A DNA stretch of 41,949 nucleotides from Sphaeroforma arctica JP610 (Eukaryota), in contig NW_014040450.1 in assembly GCF_001186125.1 (NCBI RefSeq), positions 81,609 through 123,557 of the forward strand, given 5' to 3'. The position numbers and the translations under genes were made by a program. Positions 26,342-36,769 of the stretch are shown here, piece by piece. Numbering within the stretch: position 1 is the first letter of the stretch; each line of letters opens with the position of its first letter. The notes beneath the pieces are model-generated. The model ran no database searches. It worked only from the letters and a program-made list of their open reading frames with translations, and had not been told where the DNA came from.

Positions 26342-29300
26342 AACGGATTGAAAATATCATACTAAACTGAATGGTATACGTTTTCAACGTATCTCAGTAG
26401 CGAAACAACAGACGTCTCTGGCCGTAAACAATAGGGACAACGGGACACCGGGTGTACCGCCGGAAATGCCCAAATTCGAGTTTGGGTTAACATTCAAGGA
26501 CAGGCCTCATTTGGCCCTGCGAGTACGGATCACTGAACAGCACACCGATAGCACTGTCCCTAATACCACGTGAGTGCTTTTGGGTGCGGGTGTGTGCTGC
26601 TGTGGTGGTGGGATGCGCTTGGTGTGTGGCTGTGTCTGAGAGTATTTGCGGTATACATGTCTGGATCTTCGGATATTCTCTGCACGTCCTCAAATGCATT
26701 CATTCCCACAAGACAAAACATGAAAGTACGTATATGGGCAGCAGTTACATGTAGATATGACATGTATGTATATCTGTGGTAGTTACATATAGAAATAACA
26801 TGTAAATATATACCTCGTAGTTACATCTAGACAACAATTAGTTATAAGTATATATGCCTCATTGGCTGTGCCCATATGTACGGCATCAGTACAGGGATCA
26901 GTTCGAGCTTGGCTTGTGAGTCCGCCAATCTGTGACCAACAGATGTGCATATCTTCGTATGTTATCTAACAATAACTGATGTGAGCGGTGCGTATCTTAT
27001 TAAGTTACACACCACAATCTAAACCTGGGTTTTTTTTCTCTGGTTTTTTTTCTGGTGCCATGTCTCCCGCGCGCTGCCCCAGCCCCAACCCGTCTGTGCT
27101 GCTGTGTGGCCCTTCCCAGTCCATCGATACCCTACGCTCAATGGTTCGTCTGCATCTACATGCGCAAGAGGGCGTGCAACCTCGCATAGTGGGCTTCAGA
27201 CATGTATCGGGAGAGCTGATTGTCAAGGACACCACTCTACGCAATATCGAGGTGCAGGTCTTGAAAGGTGTGTCACGTAGGCTGGGTATGCCAGGCACCC
27301 CTCGTGTGGCGGTGCTACTTGGAGTGTGTATAGGTTGTACAGGATACTATAGTGGATTCACAGGGCGTTGTACATGTGAGTGACATGGGTGTGTATGTGT
27401 GTTATGTATGCGTATGTGTGTTATAAGTGAGTGACATGCTTGCGTACGTGTGTTATATGTGGTTGATATGTATGAATATGTGTGTTATGTACGGTCTCAT
27501 TGGATGGTATGTGAATATTTTTTCAGTGGTGCTTTAAATTCGAGGTGATTCTATGTGACATTCATAGTGTGTCGTATGACGGGAATTCTTCACGGGCGAT
27601 GCTTCAGATTGAATTCTTTCATTCGTGCTATCCAATCCTCTACACCGAGAAGTGACTGACTCTCGCAGTACTGTGTTTGTCTACGCGAGGCGTGTGCATG
27701 AGGATAGGCAATACACACGTGTGAGTTTTGCACACATGTATAGTAGATCTTCACAGGTATGAAGAAACCTTTCAGATTCACAGCACTGCCTATCTAGAGA
27801 TACCCACGGCGGTGCGCAAATGTGTTCGCACCAGCGCAGGGACGTACAACACATACGTGGGCATATATATTTATATATATATATAACTGTATAAGTATAT
27901 GTATATATATATATGTGTGTGTGTGTATGTGTATGTATATATATATATATGTATATATATACTCACGCACACACACACACCTCTGTGTACGTTTTTGCCA
28001 AGACGGTTTCTTTCTCTTTACCAACCCACTCTGCACTTTTACCACTCGGTAGGCGAGCACAACACCAGCCTGCAGGTGATCTGCGACAGCTGGGAGTGCG
28101 AGAGTCCTTTGGAACAGTACAACCGCATCACACGCACGTGCGCACTACAACCGCTGGCAGCTGTGTGCAAAGGCCTCCAAACACACTACAACACAGAGGA
28201 TGCAGATACCACGTTCCTCAGCCAGCACCCAGGTGTGTGGGGAGGCTAGCCTGGGATGTGAATGTGACACTTTTTTTGTGGACAGTTTGTGTTTGAGATG
28301 CAGTGTTTGGTTCTAGGCTAGTCTGACGTGCTGTGTGTTTAGGACACTTTGTTTAAGGGTTTAGGTTTCAGGACACTTTGTTTAAGGTACAGACGGTAGT
28401 TAGTTGTGGGATGTCCTAAATGATAGTCACACCATTGCATGCATGTGGGCCAGATGCGTGTGTGTGTTGTAGTTGTACGGGGGGCTTGTCAATACGATTC
28501 CTTGTCACACAGAGCCCGCCAGTGGGCTGCCTTGTTGGTAATATTGCGTGTACATACGAGGGTGTTGCATTCCATAGTCTATCTGTATATCTCTGGTAGC
28601 TATGACGAGCTAAGTAAGGTGCGTCACCCTTTAACGAGGGCTGTGTGTGATAGTCCCAATGGTGTTTGCTGGTGAAAGCATTGTTCTTTGCCCTGGGTCT
28701 ATGGATGTACATTCCTACTTGCACTGTTTCGTTCAGCGTCGATTTTAGTAAAGAAAGTCTACCGTTGTCTCATGTACTTGATTTTGTTTTTGTTTTTTGT
28801 ATGTATATTGTATACTCGCTATCCACGCCATGTTTTGTCCAGTGCCCGTTGCCGTTGATCTGATTATACCGACACATACCTATGTTCTCATAAACTAGGC
28901 TCGGTATATGCTGCAACGTACACATATACACACATACATTCTGCTCATATCTCGATACTACATTCTCCTATACGCTCATGCATCAGCGGATAGCCCACCC
29001 GCACACACCACACTGGCCATCGCCCATACGCCGCTTTGTCATCAATTGGTGGCGGTGGAGCACTCACAGACATATGAACGGTATCTCCACGCGCCTGTGC
29101 ACAATGCCATGCAGCTGGTATGTAGTCTGGGTGGTTCGCCGTCGTTTGAGGGATTGTTTGCACGGGTTGTGCTTGTGTTGCTGTTGTTGTATAGTGTGTT
29201 GTGGCACTCGTCTGGAAATGGCCGCACAGTGTGTTGGGCTTTGGTATAGTGGTGTGCATGTACTGTCACGTATATACTGACTGGACGTATTCGTTGCTTG

Positions 29301-31544
29301 ATATTACCATTTCCTGTGTGACTATCCGAGATCGCTCCGAACCTCTTCAATGAGACCAGAGTGCCGGGTGTGTGGTCCGTCTCATACTGTGCTGTACAGA
29401 GCAACACTACTTTGTAATCAAACACATATGTATCTCTGCTGATTGAAGGTGAATAACCCTGGCGTACGTCTATTGTGCCATATCAAGTCTATGTGCACCC
29501 CCTGTGTCCACACGCTACAGCGACCACGTAATCTGGCCCACGCACATTGTTGAGCGACGAATATCTCATCTACACACTCTCTACAGACAGGTCCTCTGGT
29601 GTCAATAGAAGGCTCGATCCGTTCATCCACACGCTCACGGCCACGCACACACAGACACATGCGCGCGCGTATACCTGATGTACTGATATTATGATGGGCC
29701 ATATAGCACACAAATGCACACCGTGTGCACACACGCCCGCTACGCCAGCTGTCACCGAACATCTCTCTCTCTCTCTCTCTCTCTCCAACCCGATCAACTC
29801 ATGCTCAACGTAGAACGAAGGTGTGGAAGGGCTCCATCCGAGCGAACGTCAGCAGCGCAGTGACTTTGTTGAGTCCCGGCAGTATCTCGAGCGCTATCTG
29901 CAGCTGACAATACTCGTGCGATGCATGACACACGTGCGACACCTGTCACGTGTCAACCTGTCACACACCAGGATCGATGACACGGGCGTGCAAGTGCTCG
30001 TGAGTGGCCTGGGTGTGGGCAGTGCGTTAACTCACGTGCAGCTGAGTGGCAACTTGATCACCGCTACCGGGGTGGAGTTTCTATCGCAGACTTTGTATGT
30101 AGTTATGCCTTAATATAGTAGGCTGGGTGTGTTGCAGGCCCGAGTTTATAAACGTCTCGGGTTTTTATGGAGGGAGTAGGTGCATGGGAATGATGTAGTG
30201 GCCCTTTGTTGCTAGGGACCAGGTGCATAAGAATGGTCTAATGCTGCTCTGTTGCTAGGGACTAGGTGCATAAGAATGGTCTAATGCTGCTCTGTTGCTA
30301 GGGACCAGGTGCACTGGGAATGGTGTACTAGTGCTCTGTTGCTAGTGTGTATCACTCTCAGACCTAGGTGCGTGGTTGTGTTGCTAAGGATTGGTTATTC
30401 TATAGCGGCTGGCAGCATCTGTGCTACAGCATATGTCGGCCGTGTATTGCGAGTTGGTATCAGTGCGGTGACTATACATCATTAGTGTTATTCATAGTAG
30501 TGATCAGTGTGCACTCGGACTTTCTAATTGGCTAGGCATCTGAGCTTGCAATCTATTACAACGCCTTGTCATAGATCCGTAGAGACCTGACCCCTCCCGC
30601 AAGCCCCATGTGCTGAGTGGTCAGTACGCTGCTGTACTCTCTGTCACCTACACATAACCATCCACAACCTGCCGCCGCTGCTTACGCCGATGGGTCTACC
30701 TCATGGTTGTCCGTGCTACTGTAGTACTATGATATTGACGATGAAGTTTCAGGGTTTAGGGTTTTAAATTTGGTTTAGGGTTTCGGTTTTGATTGAGTAA
30801 GCTGACACATCTGCGTACACAGCCAACTGTACGGCACAGCATTAGCATTGCCATCTACTCGTAAATTGGTGAACCACCACGGGACTTGGGTATCACGATC
30901 GGCCCTTATAAATACCTCTACACACAATCGATTGCACTCCACAGTAACCATCTACGCCGACGTATATCCTGACTATGCACATACCTCTACAAGATACATA
31001 GCTTACACTTACGCCGATGTATATACCTGATGCATATGCCTACCTACAATGCCTTACTTTGACCTGTGTTGATGCACATACCCCTATATGATACATAGCT
31101 TTCAGTTACGCCTATAGAATATGCCTGCGTACAATTCGTTGCTTTTACCTGTGCAAATACACATACCTCTGTAAGATCCATAGCTTACACTTACGCCTAT
31201 GTGTATGCCTAATGTATATGCCTGCGCACAATGTCTTGCCTTACCTCTGCTGATGTGCATGCCACACAATCTATCGCACTCCACTGTGCATACCCACAGG
31301 TCCAAGTTGTGTGTGCTCGACCTGTCATATAATCTGCTGACTGATTTGGCTGCCCCACACTTGGCACGGATACTCCACACAAACAACGCTACGGTATGGT
31401 TGTTATGTCTTATGCCTGGTGTCGTTTCGTTATGAATAAAAATATCAAACGTTTATATAGTCGTTTACATATTATATTTTTTATTTTTTATTTTTATTTT
31501 ATATTATTATATATTATTATATTATTATATTATCATTATTAGAT

Positions 31545-31602
<58 letters not shown>

Positions 31603-34600
31603 CATACAGTAGTCTAAGTGTCGCTAGTGCCCGTGTTCTTTGGTAGCGTGTTTGTGATTAGAAGTGTATTCTTGTGCCATCACCAGCAATCATCTCGTTG
31701 CTAGTGAATTTTGGCGCTTGACATTCTAGTCTGTACTGCAAAGTAAAGGACTCCTGTGGCAGAGTCTCCTATATTATGTATCGAAGACCACATACGGACA
31801 CTGTGCTCCAAGCGTCCACCGTGTATTGGTGCGACAGTACTTCTAAAGTATGAGGATGGGTTATTATTGAAAGCTTCAACACTCCAGTACGTCCACGCAG
31901 GAGAGGGTTTACTGTCACTCTCCTCATGGGGCACTCGGCAGACACTCTCCGATAGACAAACCGCCCACCACTCGCATGTACCATATGTAGTCTGACCGAA
32001 ACTCGCAACCATCGCGTCGGTATATTCTCCTGTCTCATATACTTCTATGCTCGTAGCAGATTCAACGCCTTAGGCTGGACAGCAACTTCTTAAGCAACCG
32101 CACACTGTCACACCTGAGCACCCCGCTGGTATCAACAGTACGCCAATCGCTGCAAGAGATTGGTCTCAGCGGCAACGCAGAGATCACTGTGGTTGCGATA
32201 GGTATGTGTTCGATGTTGTTCCGAGAACGCGCGTCCGTACTTCTGTAGTAAAGCACTACAGTACTTTTTTTAAGGCACTACGTTACTCATATACTCATAT
32301 GAGCAAAGTATTACTTCTGTAATTCTGCAGATACATGTGTACGTGAGTGGGGTGTTGGTGACAATGTAGTGTACAATGCTTGCAGGAGGTGTCTCTTGAA
32401 GAAGTACGCAAGATGTGTTCCATTTATTGCGTATGCATGGAGTATTATTTTTACACCCGAGCTTGCGAGCTAGATGCCAAGGGTTGCCATCCACTGCTGA
32501 TTGCTCTTGCAGTCGATTTGCATCTTGTCGCAGTGGACTTGCTAGGGGCTCGTGAGGCTATTATAGAGGCCTTGTGGTTGCTAGGGATTCATGAGGCTAC
32601 TATAGAGGCCTTGCAGTTGCTAGAGACTCGTGAGGTTATTATAGAGGCCTTGTGGTTGCTAGGGACTCGTGAGACTATTAAAGAGGCCTTGTGGTTGCTA
32701 GGGACTCGTGAGGCTATTGTAGAGGCCTTGTAGTTTTGCTAGGGACTCGTGAGGCTAATATAGAGGCCTTGTGGTTGCTAGGGACTTGTGAGGCTATTAT
32801 AGAGGACTTGCGGTTGCTAGGGACTCGTGAGGTTATTATAGAGGACTTGCGGTTGCTAGGGACTCGTAAGGTTATTGTAGAGGCCTTGCGGTTGCTAGGG
32901 ACTCGTGAGACTATTATAGAGGCCTTGTGGTTGCTAGGGACTCGTGAGACTATTGTAGAGACCTTGCGGTTGCTAGGGACTCGTGAGACTATTATAGAGG
33001 CCTTGTGGTTGCTAGGGACTCGTGAGACTATTATAGAGGCCTTGTAGTTGCTAGGGACTCGTGAGGCTATTATAGAGGCCTTTCGGTTGCTAGGGACTCG
33101 TGAGGCTATTGTAGTGACCTTGCGGTTGCTATTGGCTCAGTTGGACTAACATGTACGGGCTGTCGGTGCTTGTCGTTGCGTATGGTATATAGCCATGTGC
33201 ACGCGCTCTCCTTAGCACTTGGGTTGATGCTTGCCGTAGTATGACTGTTCTATCTGATCTACTACATGTGCGCTGGCTAAGTCATAAAGCTACTTTGTTG
33301 GTACACCCATGCTAATATACTTACCCCTATTGCACCACAGTGAAACTCATCCGGTCATTTGATGGCGGATGTCCGCTGACTGTTCTCTCAGATGGCGTTG
33401 GCTCCAGTTCGCACGCCGCAGCCGTATCGCCAACTGTCGACCCTCTGAGCCACAACTCACCAACCGACGCGTGTTTATCGCCGTCTCTCATTGGTCACAC
33501 GCGTACCGCTATACCAGCCGATGTACACGTGTCTCTCAGAGGCGTGCACCTCACAGACGAGAGTCTGAGGACTCTGTTGGACGCTGTGGCATCAGGTGGG
33601 TGTGTATGTTTAGTACCGTTCGGCACGGTGTGGGAAATGGTTTATCTAGGTCGTAGGCTTGTTGGTTAACTAAGTTGTTGGGTATATTCAAAGGTGCGAG
33701 TCCAGCAGTTGAGGTCTTGCTCAGTATAAGTGTGCGGGCATTGCTTGGCGACTCTTTGTTCTGTGCGTTATGCTTTGCCTCTATGAGTTGTTGTATGGAT
33801 ACTCATACAGCAGCTGTTGACCTGATCTTTGGGTGTGTGTGGCGGCGCCGATTGAGCCAAGTGCACTACGCACACACATCCGACTATGAATACAATACCT
33901 CGCAGAGGCCCAGAATACTAGTACACCCGTAGATACTATGGCGTGAAGTCACCGGTGACTGAAATATGAGAAAAAAAAACTGAATATGTATGCAATACGT
34001 CACAAAAGCACAGAATACTAGCACACCCGTAGCTATTGTGGCACGAAGTCACCGGTGACTAAAATAGGGCATATGCCGTTGTTAAGGACTTTTATACGGC
34101 GAGAATCTAAGACATGTTTATATATATATATGTGTGAGAGTGTGTGTGTGTGTGTGTGTGTATCTACGACATATACTAATTCTGATGTATATGTGCAGGG
34201 TTTGTGATACGCCTCAATCTGTCGCACGCTGTTCTGCCCGGCAGTGGTCTAGCAAGTGTGCTCCAGGCAGCGGTGGCGACGTCAAGGTGAGTATGTTTGT
34301 ATGTGAGCATGCTACTATACAATCCAGTAGTAGACCATTGTGTGCGGCCCTGTGTGGTGACTGTGTCGCGGTACTGGCTAACTGAATTTGGCCGGCTGTA
34401 TTCTGGTACAGTGAGACTTGAGCCTTTGGACTGCTGCGTTTGTCACACAAAGTAAAAATAAACTACGAGTGTTTGTACAAAAAACGGCTATAGTACGCAA
34501 AGTATCCTCTCTACCGTCCCGTAGTCTAAGATCCATCGCGCTTTGCCTGTGTTGCCCTTTGCGAGTTGGGGTCCTAACCCGTTGATCGTACTATACATAG

Positions 34601-35180
34601 CCGGCTTGAGCAGCTCGATTTGTCACACCATGTCATCTCCGATGCCGACATTGCACCACTCCAGTACTGTGTAAAGGCAGTGTGTGATGGGCATAGTGTG
34701 CTGACGAAGTTGGATTTGTCCTTTGCGACCCGATTAGGCCCTTGTGACGGGTATGTGGTGCGACCAATTTCCGATTATTGGTTCGTCTACTTTCGGGTGC
34801 CTTACACTTTGGTCCCGTCTATGGACAGGTGTACTGTGTATCTGCATGGCTCACTTCTTTGTGGTTGGTGCCTGTGTTCTTGAATTCGACTAGTAGTCCT
34901 GTTAAATTATCTTTGTCTCGATTTGCGGAAGAATTTGGAAACGACCATGTATCTACCTTTTCACATACATAGCAGTTGCACACAAACTAGGAACACGCTC
35001 GTTGTCATTGCATTGATCGGTGCTTCTTGGTTCGGCCATTCATAGCATACTGATTTTACATGTTTTACTGATAGGATCGACGAGCTTCTCATCGCCCACG
35101 ACAAGCTGGCCAGCCTTGAAATAGTTGCCAGGGGTATGCGAATGGGACGTCAAACAGTCCCCTTACAGGCCGGAGCGTGA
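4451..35180 (+). CDS. TONSL: Tonsoku-like protein (TPR - ankyrin repeat domain - low-complexity linker - UBL - LRR), 31 exons, ~1,912 aa
   Basis: Hand-built exons, all GT-AG with matching phases: 4451-4716, 6155-6268, 7289-7515, 8359-8501, 9247-9309, 10130-10255, 11523-11656, 13338-13518, 13776-13880, 14693-14785, 15820-15867, 16550-16624, 17042-17113, 18058-18224, 18815-18887, 20872-20955, 21659-21876, 22911-23033, 23406-23583, 24333-25797, 26398-26569, 27083-27267, 28053-28232, 28987-29117, 29814-30094, 31300-31393, 32060-32201, 33341-33595, 34199-34286, 34601-34750, 35075-35180 (TGA). Total is 5,739 nt. Domain order and motifs ([76 protein letters not shown]) match animal TONSL as I recall it. 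Individual boundaries may be wrong and small exons may be missed. Confidence 0.88.
4791..4810. other. Assembly gap (20 N) after a (TATG)n/(TA)n microsatellite
   Basis: N run. Confidence 1.
5542..5790. repeat. Intronic tandem repeat, 92 bp, ~2.6 copies
   Basis: TAGCATCACTGTG at 5542, 5634 and 5726. Confidence 0.9.
6253..6538. repeat. 31-bp minisatellite, ~9 copies, starting inside TONSL exon 2 and repeating its donor site
   Basis: Unit ATGTGTACCTGGACAG|GTAGGATATATCTTT. Confidence 0.95.
7768..7868. repeat. ~24-bp minisatellite, ~4 copies
   Basis: Unit CACTCTTTAACTATATAACTGACA. Confidence 0.85.
8091..8357. repeat. 12-bp minisatellite, ~22 copies, abutting the exon-4 acceptor
   Basis: Unit AACTGTGTCACT/C; the last copy ends TGTCAG|. 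Confidence 0.95.
8910..9242. repeat. ~42-bp minisatellite, ~8 copies, abutting the exon-5 acceptor
   Basis: Unit ACATCACAATGTTGTCACCACAACGGCTTCATCACAGAGTTT. Confidence 0.9.
10336..10740. repeat. 52-bp minisatellite, ~8 copies
   Basis: CGAAGT.CACACTGTGCT... at 10336, 10388, 10440 and onward. Confidence 0.95.
11195..11521. repeat. 33-bp C-rich minisatellite, ~10 copies, abutting the exon-7 acceptor
   Basis: Unit CCCCCTATCACACCCCTCTCAACCACCAATCCA; the last copy ends CTGTCGCAG|. Confidence 0.95.
11700..12220. repeat. Degenerate GT-rich tandem repeat (TAGTGCTAATGGG...TAGAGTGTG core, ~6 copies)
   Basis: The core motif recurs at ~90-bp spacing. Confidence 0.8.
12489..12762. repeat. 140-bp tandem duplication
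   Basis: GTTCTAGTACTGTGTGCATGTAA at 12489 and 12629. Confidence 0.9.
13050..13341. repeat. 73-74-bp minisatellite, 4 copies, each containing a copy of the exon-8 acceptor
   Basis: TGTGTAG|GT with the AG ending at 13117, 13190, 13264 and 13337. Confidence 0.9.
14473..14681. repeat. 43-bp minisatellite, ~5 copies, just before the exon-10 acceptor
   Basis: Unit TCTCAGCCACCACGTGGTCTCATGTACTGTATCTTTAAACGCA. Confidence 0.95.
15868..16228. repeat. 42-bp minisatellite starting at the exon-11 donor
   Basis: Unit GTATGGGATCCTAACGAATCACGCTATAGCCTATATGTTGAT. Confidence 0.95.
16860..17005. repeat. ~45-bp AT-rich minisatellite, ~3 copies
   Basis: CATAGTATTA...TATAATATCAGAGCAAT repeated. Confidence 0.85.
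17126..17686. repeat. ~40-bp minisatellite, ~14 copies, beginning 12 nt after the exon-13 donor
   Basis: Unit GCATCTAAGTATCCGTTAAAGTCCTCAATTTCTATTGGAAT. Confidence 0.95.
17895..18055. repeat. 56-bp minisatellite, ~3 copies, abutting the exon-14 acceptor
   Basis: ACCGTAT.CGTACACATATATAATCC at 17950 and 18006; the last copy ends CACGCACAG|. Confidence 0.9.
18900..20000. repeat. Complex GT/TC-rich repeat plus (TA)n/(GT)n/(TATG)n microsatellites
   Basis: Visible low-complexity tracts at 18900-19510 and 19750-20000. Confidence 0.85.
20360..20792. repeat. 73-bp minisatellite, ~6 copies
   Basis: ATTATCTACCACCTATATCCCAGTATATATGATATCTCCACCCCCAGTAGACAT...CACAGATCTA repeated. Confidence 0.95.
20961..21259. 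repeat. 59-bp minisatellite, 5 copies, beginning 5 nt after the exon-16 donor
   Basis: CGTGTACG.CTTTTGTTGAACCG at 20961, 21020 and onward. Confidence 0.95.
21996..22130. repeat. 29-bp minisatellite, ~4 copies
   Basis: Unit GCGTGGCTGTGTGTGGGATCAAAGCATGC. Confidence 0.9.
23995..24303. repeat. 29-bp minisatellite, ~10 copies, before the exon-20 acceptor
   Basis: CAGTATAA at 24002, 24031, 24060 and onward. Confidence 0.95.
24333..25797 (+). other. TONSL: TONSL 1,465-nt low-complexity exon (S/G/H/R/T-rich disordered linker, NLS-like RRKKRR)
   Basis: The ORF-track 483-aa ORF covers it. It has a CAGCAG acceptor and a G|GTGTGT donor, both in phase with the flanking exons. Confidence 0.75.
25891..25910. 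other. Assembly gap (20 N) next to microsatellites
   Basis: N run. Confidence 1.
26398..28232 (+). other. TONSL: TONSL ubiquitin-like domain region (exons 21-23)
   Basis: LALRVRI...[23 protein letters not shown]...[17 protein letters not shown] resembles the TONSL UBL and the following SW-x-x-P-L-x-x-x-Y segment. Confidence 0.65.
29814..35180 (+). other. TONSL: TONSL C-terminal RI-type leucine-rich repeats (exons 25-31)
   Basis: LRR motifs [87 protein letters not shown]. Confidence 0.85.
32535..33130. repeat. 39-bp minisatellite, ~15 copies
   Basis: Unit TTGCTAGGGACTCGTGAGGCTATTATAGAGGCCTTGTGG. Confidence 0.95.
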
Positions 35181-35342
35181 AAGTAGGTTCCCATAAACTT
35201 AATCCATAGTAACTTAGTAAATAAATTTAGAATATAAAGTCTCGCGAAGTATTTTACAGTTTACTGTGCCCGCCTTTTAATAGGCTTAGATGTGTGGCAA
35301 TACCCGTTTGTGTCATCTGAGTTTCGACTCTGGTTGTGAATT

Positions 35343-35431
35343 CCGCAATATCTTCGGATGCGCAGGTTCGAGTCCTGCACCTGTCATAAAATTTGCAGGT
35401 TGGCCGAGTGGTCTAAGGCGTTGTGTTTAGG
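35343..35431 (+). tRNA. Circularly permuted tRNA-Leu(UAG): 3' half 35343-35386, 7-nt spacer, 5' half 35394-35431
   Basis: 3' half: C-CGCAA-T-ATC-TTCG-GAT-GC-GCAGG-TTCGAGT-CCTGC-ACCTGTC-A. 5' half: TGCAGGT-TG-GCCGAGTGGTCTAAGGC-G-TTGTG-TT-TAG-G. Rejoined they give an 82-nt type II cloverleaf with a U1:C72 mismatch. Leader and trailer pair into a BHB-like motif. Confidence 0.75.
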
Positions 35432-35441
35432 AAACAATCAA

Positions 35442-35451
35442 TTTTTTTTTT
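35442..35451 (+). terminator. Pol III oligo-T terminator of the permuted tRNA-Leu
   Basis: T10 run 10 nt after G37 of the 5' half. Confidence 0.7.
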
Positions 35452-35465
35452 GGGGGGGGGGGAAT

Positions 35466-35625
35466 GTTATAGGAGTCATATCATAGCCTTCTGAATTATA
35501 CAGTAATAGGAGCCATATCATAGCCTTCTGAATTATACAGTAATAGGAGCCATATCATAGCCTTCTGAATTATACAGTTATAGGAGTCATATCATAGCCT
35601 TCTGAATTTAATATACAGTTATTGG
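35466..35625. repeat. 37-bp minisatellite, ~4 copies, between the two tRNA genes
   Basis: Unit TAATAGGAGCCATATCATAGCCTTCTGAATTATACAG. Confidence 0.95.
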
Positions 35626-35962
35626 GGTATACCGCCTGTATCAGTCGTTCTGAGCGTCGCATATTGCGAAATGCATATTTTTAGCTTTGTCTTAGTGAAA
35701 GGCTCTAAAGTAGACAATACTCACCTCCGTATTAAAGAATTTGTTCGCAGACTTATCAGTAATACACCTCGAAGTTTGCTGCTGTAATCTGAAGTAAATA
35801 AACGAGTTCATTGGATACACTGACAGCAAAGATTGTACCTTGACCTAATTGCTGTAATGAAACTTTTTTATAAACTCAACAATTATAATATCATGTTGTA
35901 TAGCATTTCTGAATTAGACACTATTATTTACTTACATCCCCTTAAGTAAACTCACTAAAAAA

Positions 35963-36033
35963 TCTCCAACACGGGAATCGAACCCATGGCAGATGAATGG
36001 AAATCATCTATGTTACCACTACACCAGTTGGAC
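35963..36033 (-). tRNA. tRNA-Gly(UCC), 71 nt, intronless, with a G1:G72 mismatch
   Basis: GTCCAAC-TG-GTGT-AGTGGTA-ACAT-A-GATGA-TTTCCAT-TCATC-TGCC-ATGGG-TTCGATT-CCCGT-GTTGGAG-A, followed directly by T6 (35957-35962). Confidence 0.85.
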
Positions 36034-36769
36034 ACTCTTACTGTATAAATAGCTCTATCAATTACTAAAAATAAAATAGTTTTATTCACTATCGCTCGCA
36101 TATGTTTATTTATTAGGAAAATAGTAATACATGCGATCCTCCTCACATACCAACGTCCTAAAATTGACTATGTAAATATTATTAATATACTTTCATTACA
36201 TCATTCTTAGCCTGAGTAATACTTGCAACTATTCCCCATAAAGTCCTCCTCTTGCTGCCAAGTCCCACGTCCTTCACGTCCATTTCATAGGGGCGCGTCC
36301 GATTCGCCTCGAAAACCGGCACCGGGAGCCTCGGTTTTCTTGGCCAAATCTGACCATTACTTGTTCGACAAGCCGCACATTGTTATAACTCCAAAAAATG
36401 ACCAATTGTTAAAAATCAGTTATATGTGCACGGATCGTGAATATTCTTAGAAACTACGAAATGAAGTAGCAGAAGTATAGTACATCAGGGAATGGAGAGA
36501 TGAACTCGGCCTAATAATAGTATAGAACCGATTATATACATGTGTGAACGGCTGAACACTTAGACTTCCATGAAACATTATAGTAGACGACTGAATCAGG
36601 ATATCAGCCTTTGAACACTAAAGTAGAACAATTGGATTAGTTCTTCAATAGTAAACTAAGTGTATGGTCTACTACAACGAAGCTCTAGCCACAGATACTA
36701 GACTACAACTAAGTGTCTCGATTGATTTAATAACCTTCTTTTTTTTCGATTTGACCTACTAACTCCAGA

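Noticed and set aside
30570..30870. Possible small LRR-region exon between exons 25 and 26
   Set aside because: The candidates I tried hit stops or had the wrong phase; 30094 joins 31300 in frame.
35394..35445. Conventional linear tRNA-Leu starting at 35394
   Set aside because: After the anticodon loop the sequence runs into T10/G11 with no variable arm or T arm; the matching 3' half lies upstream.
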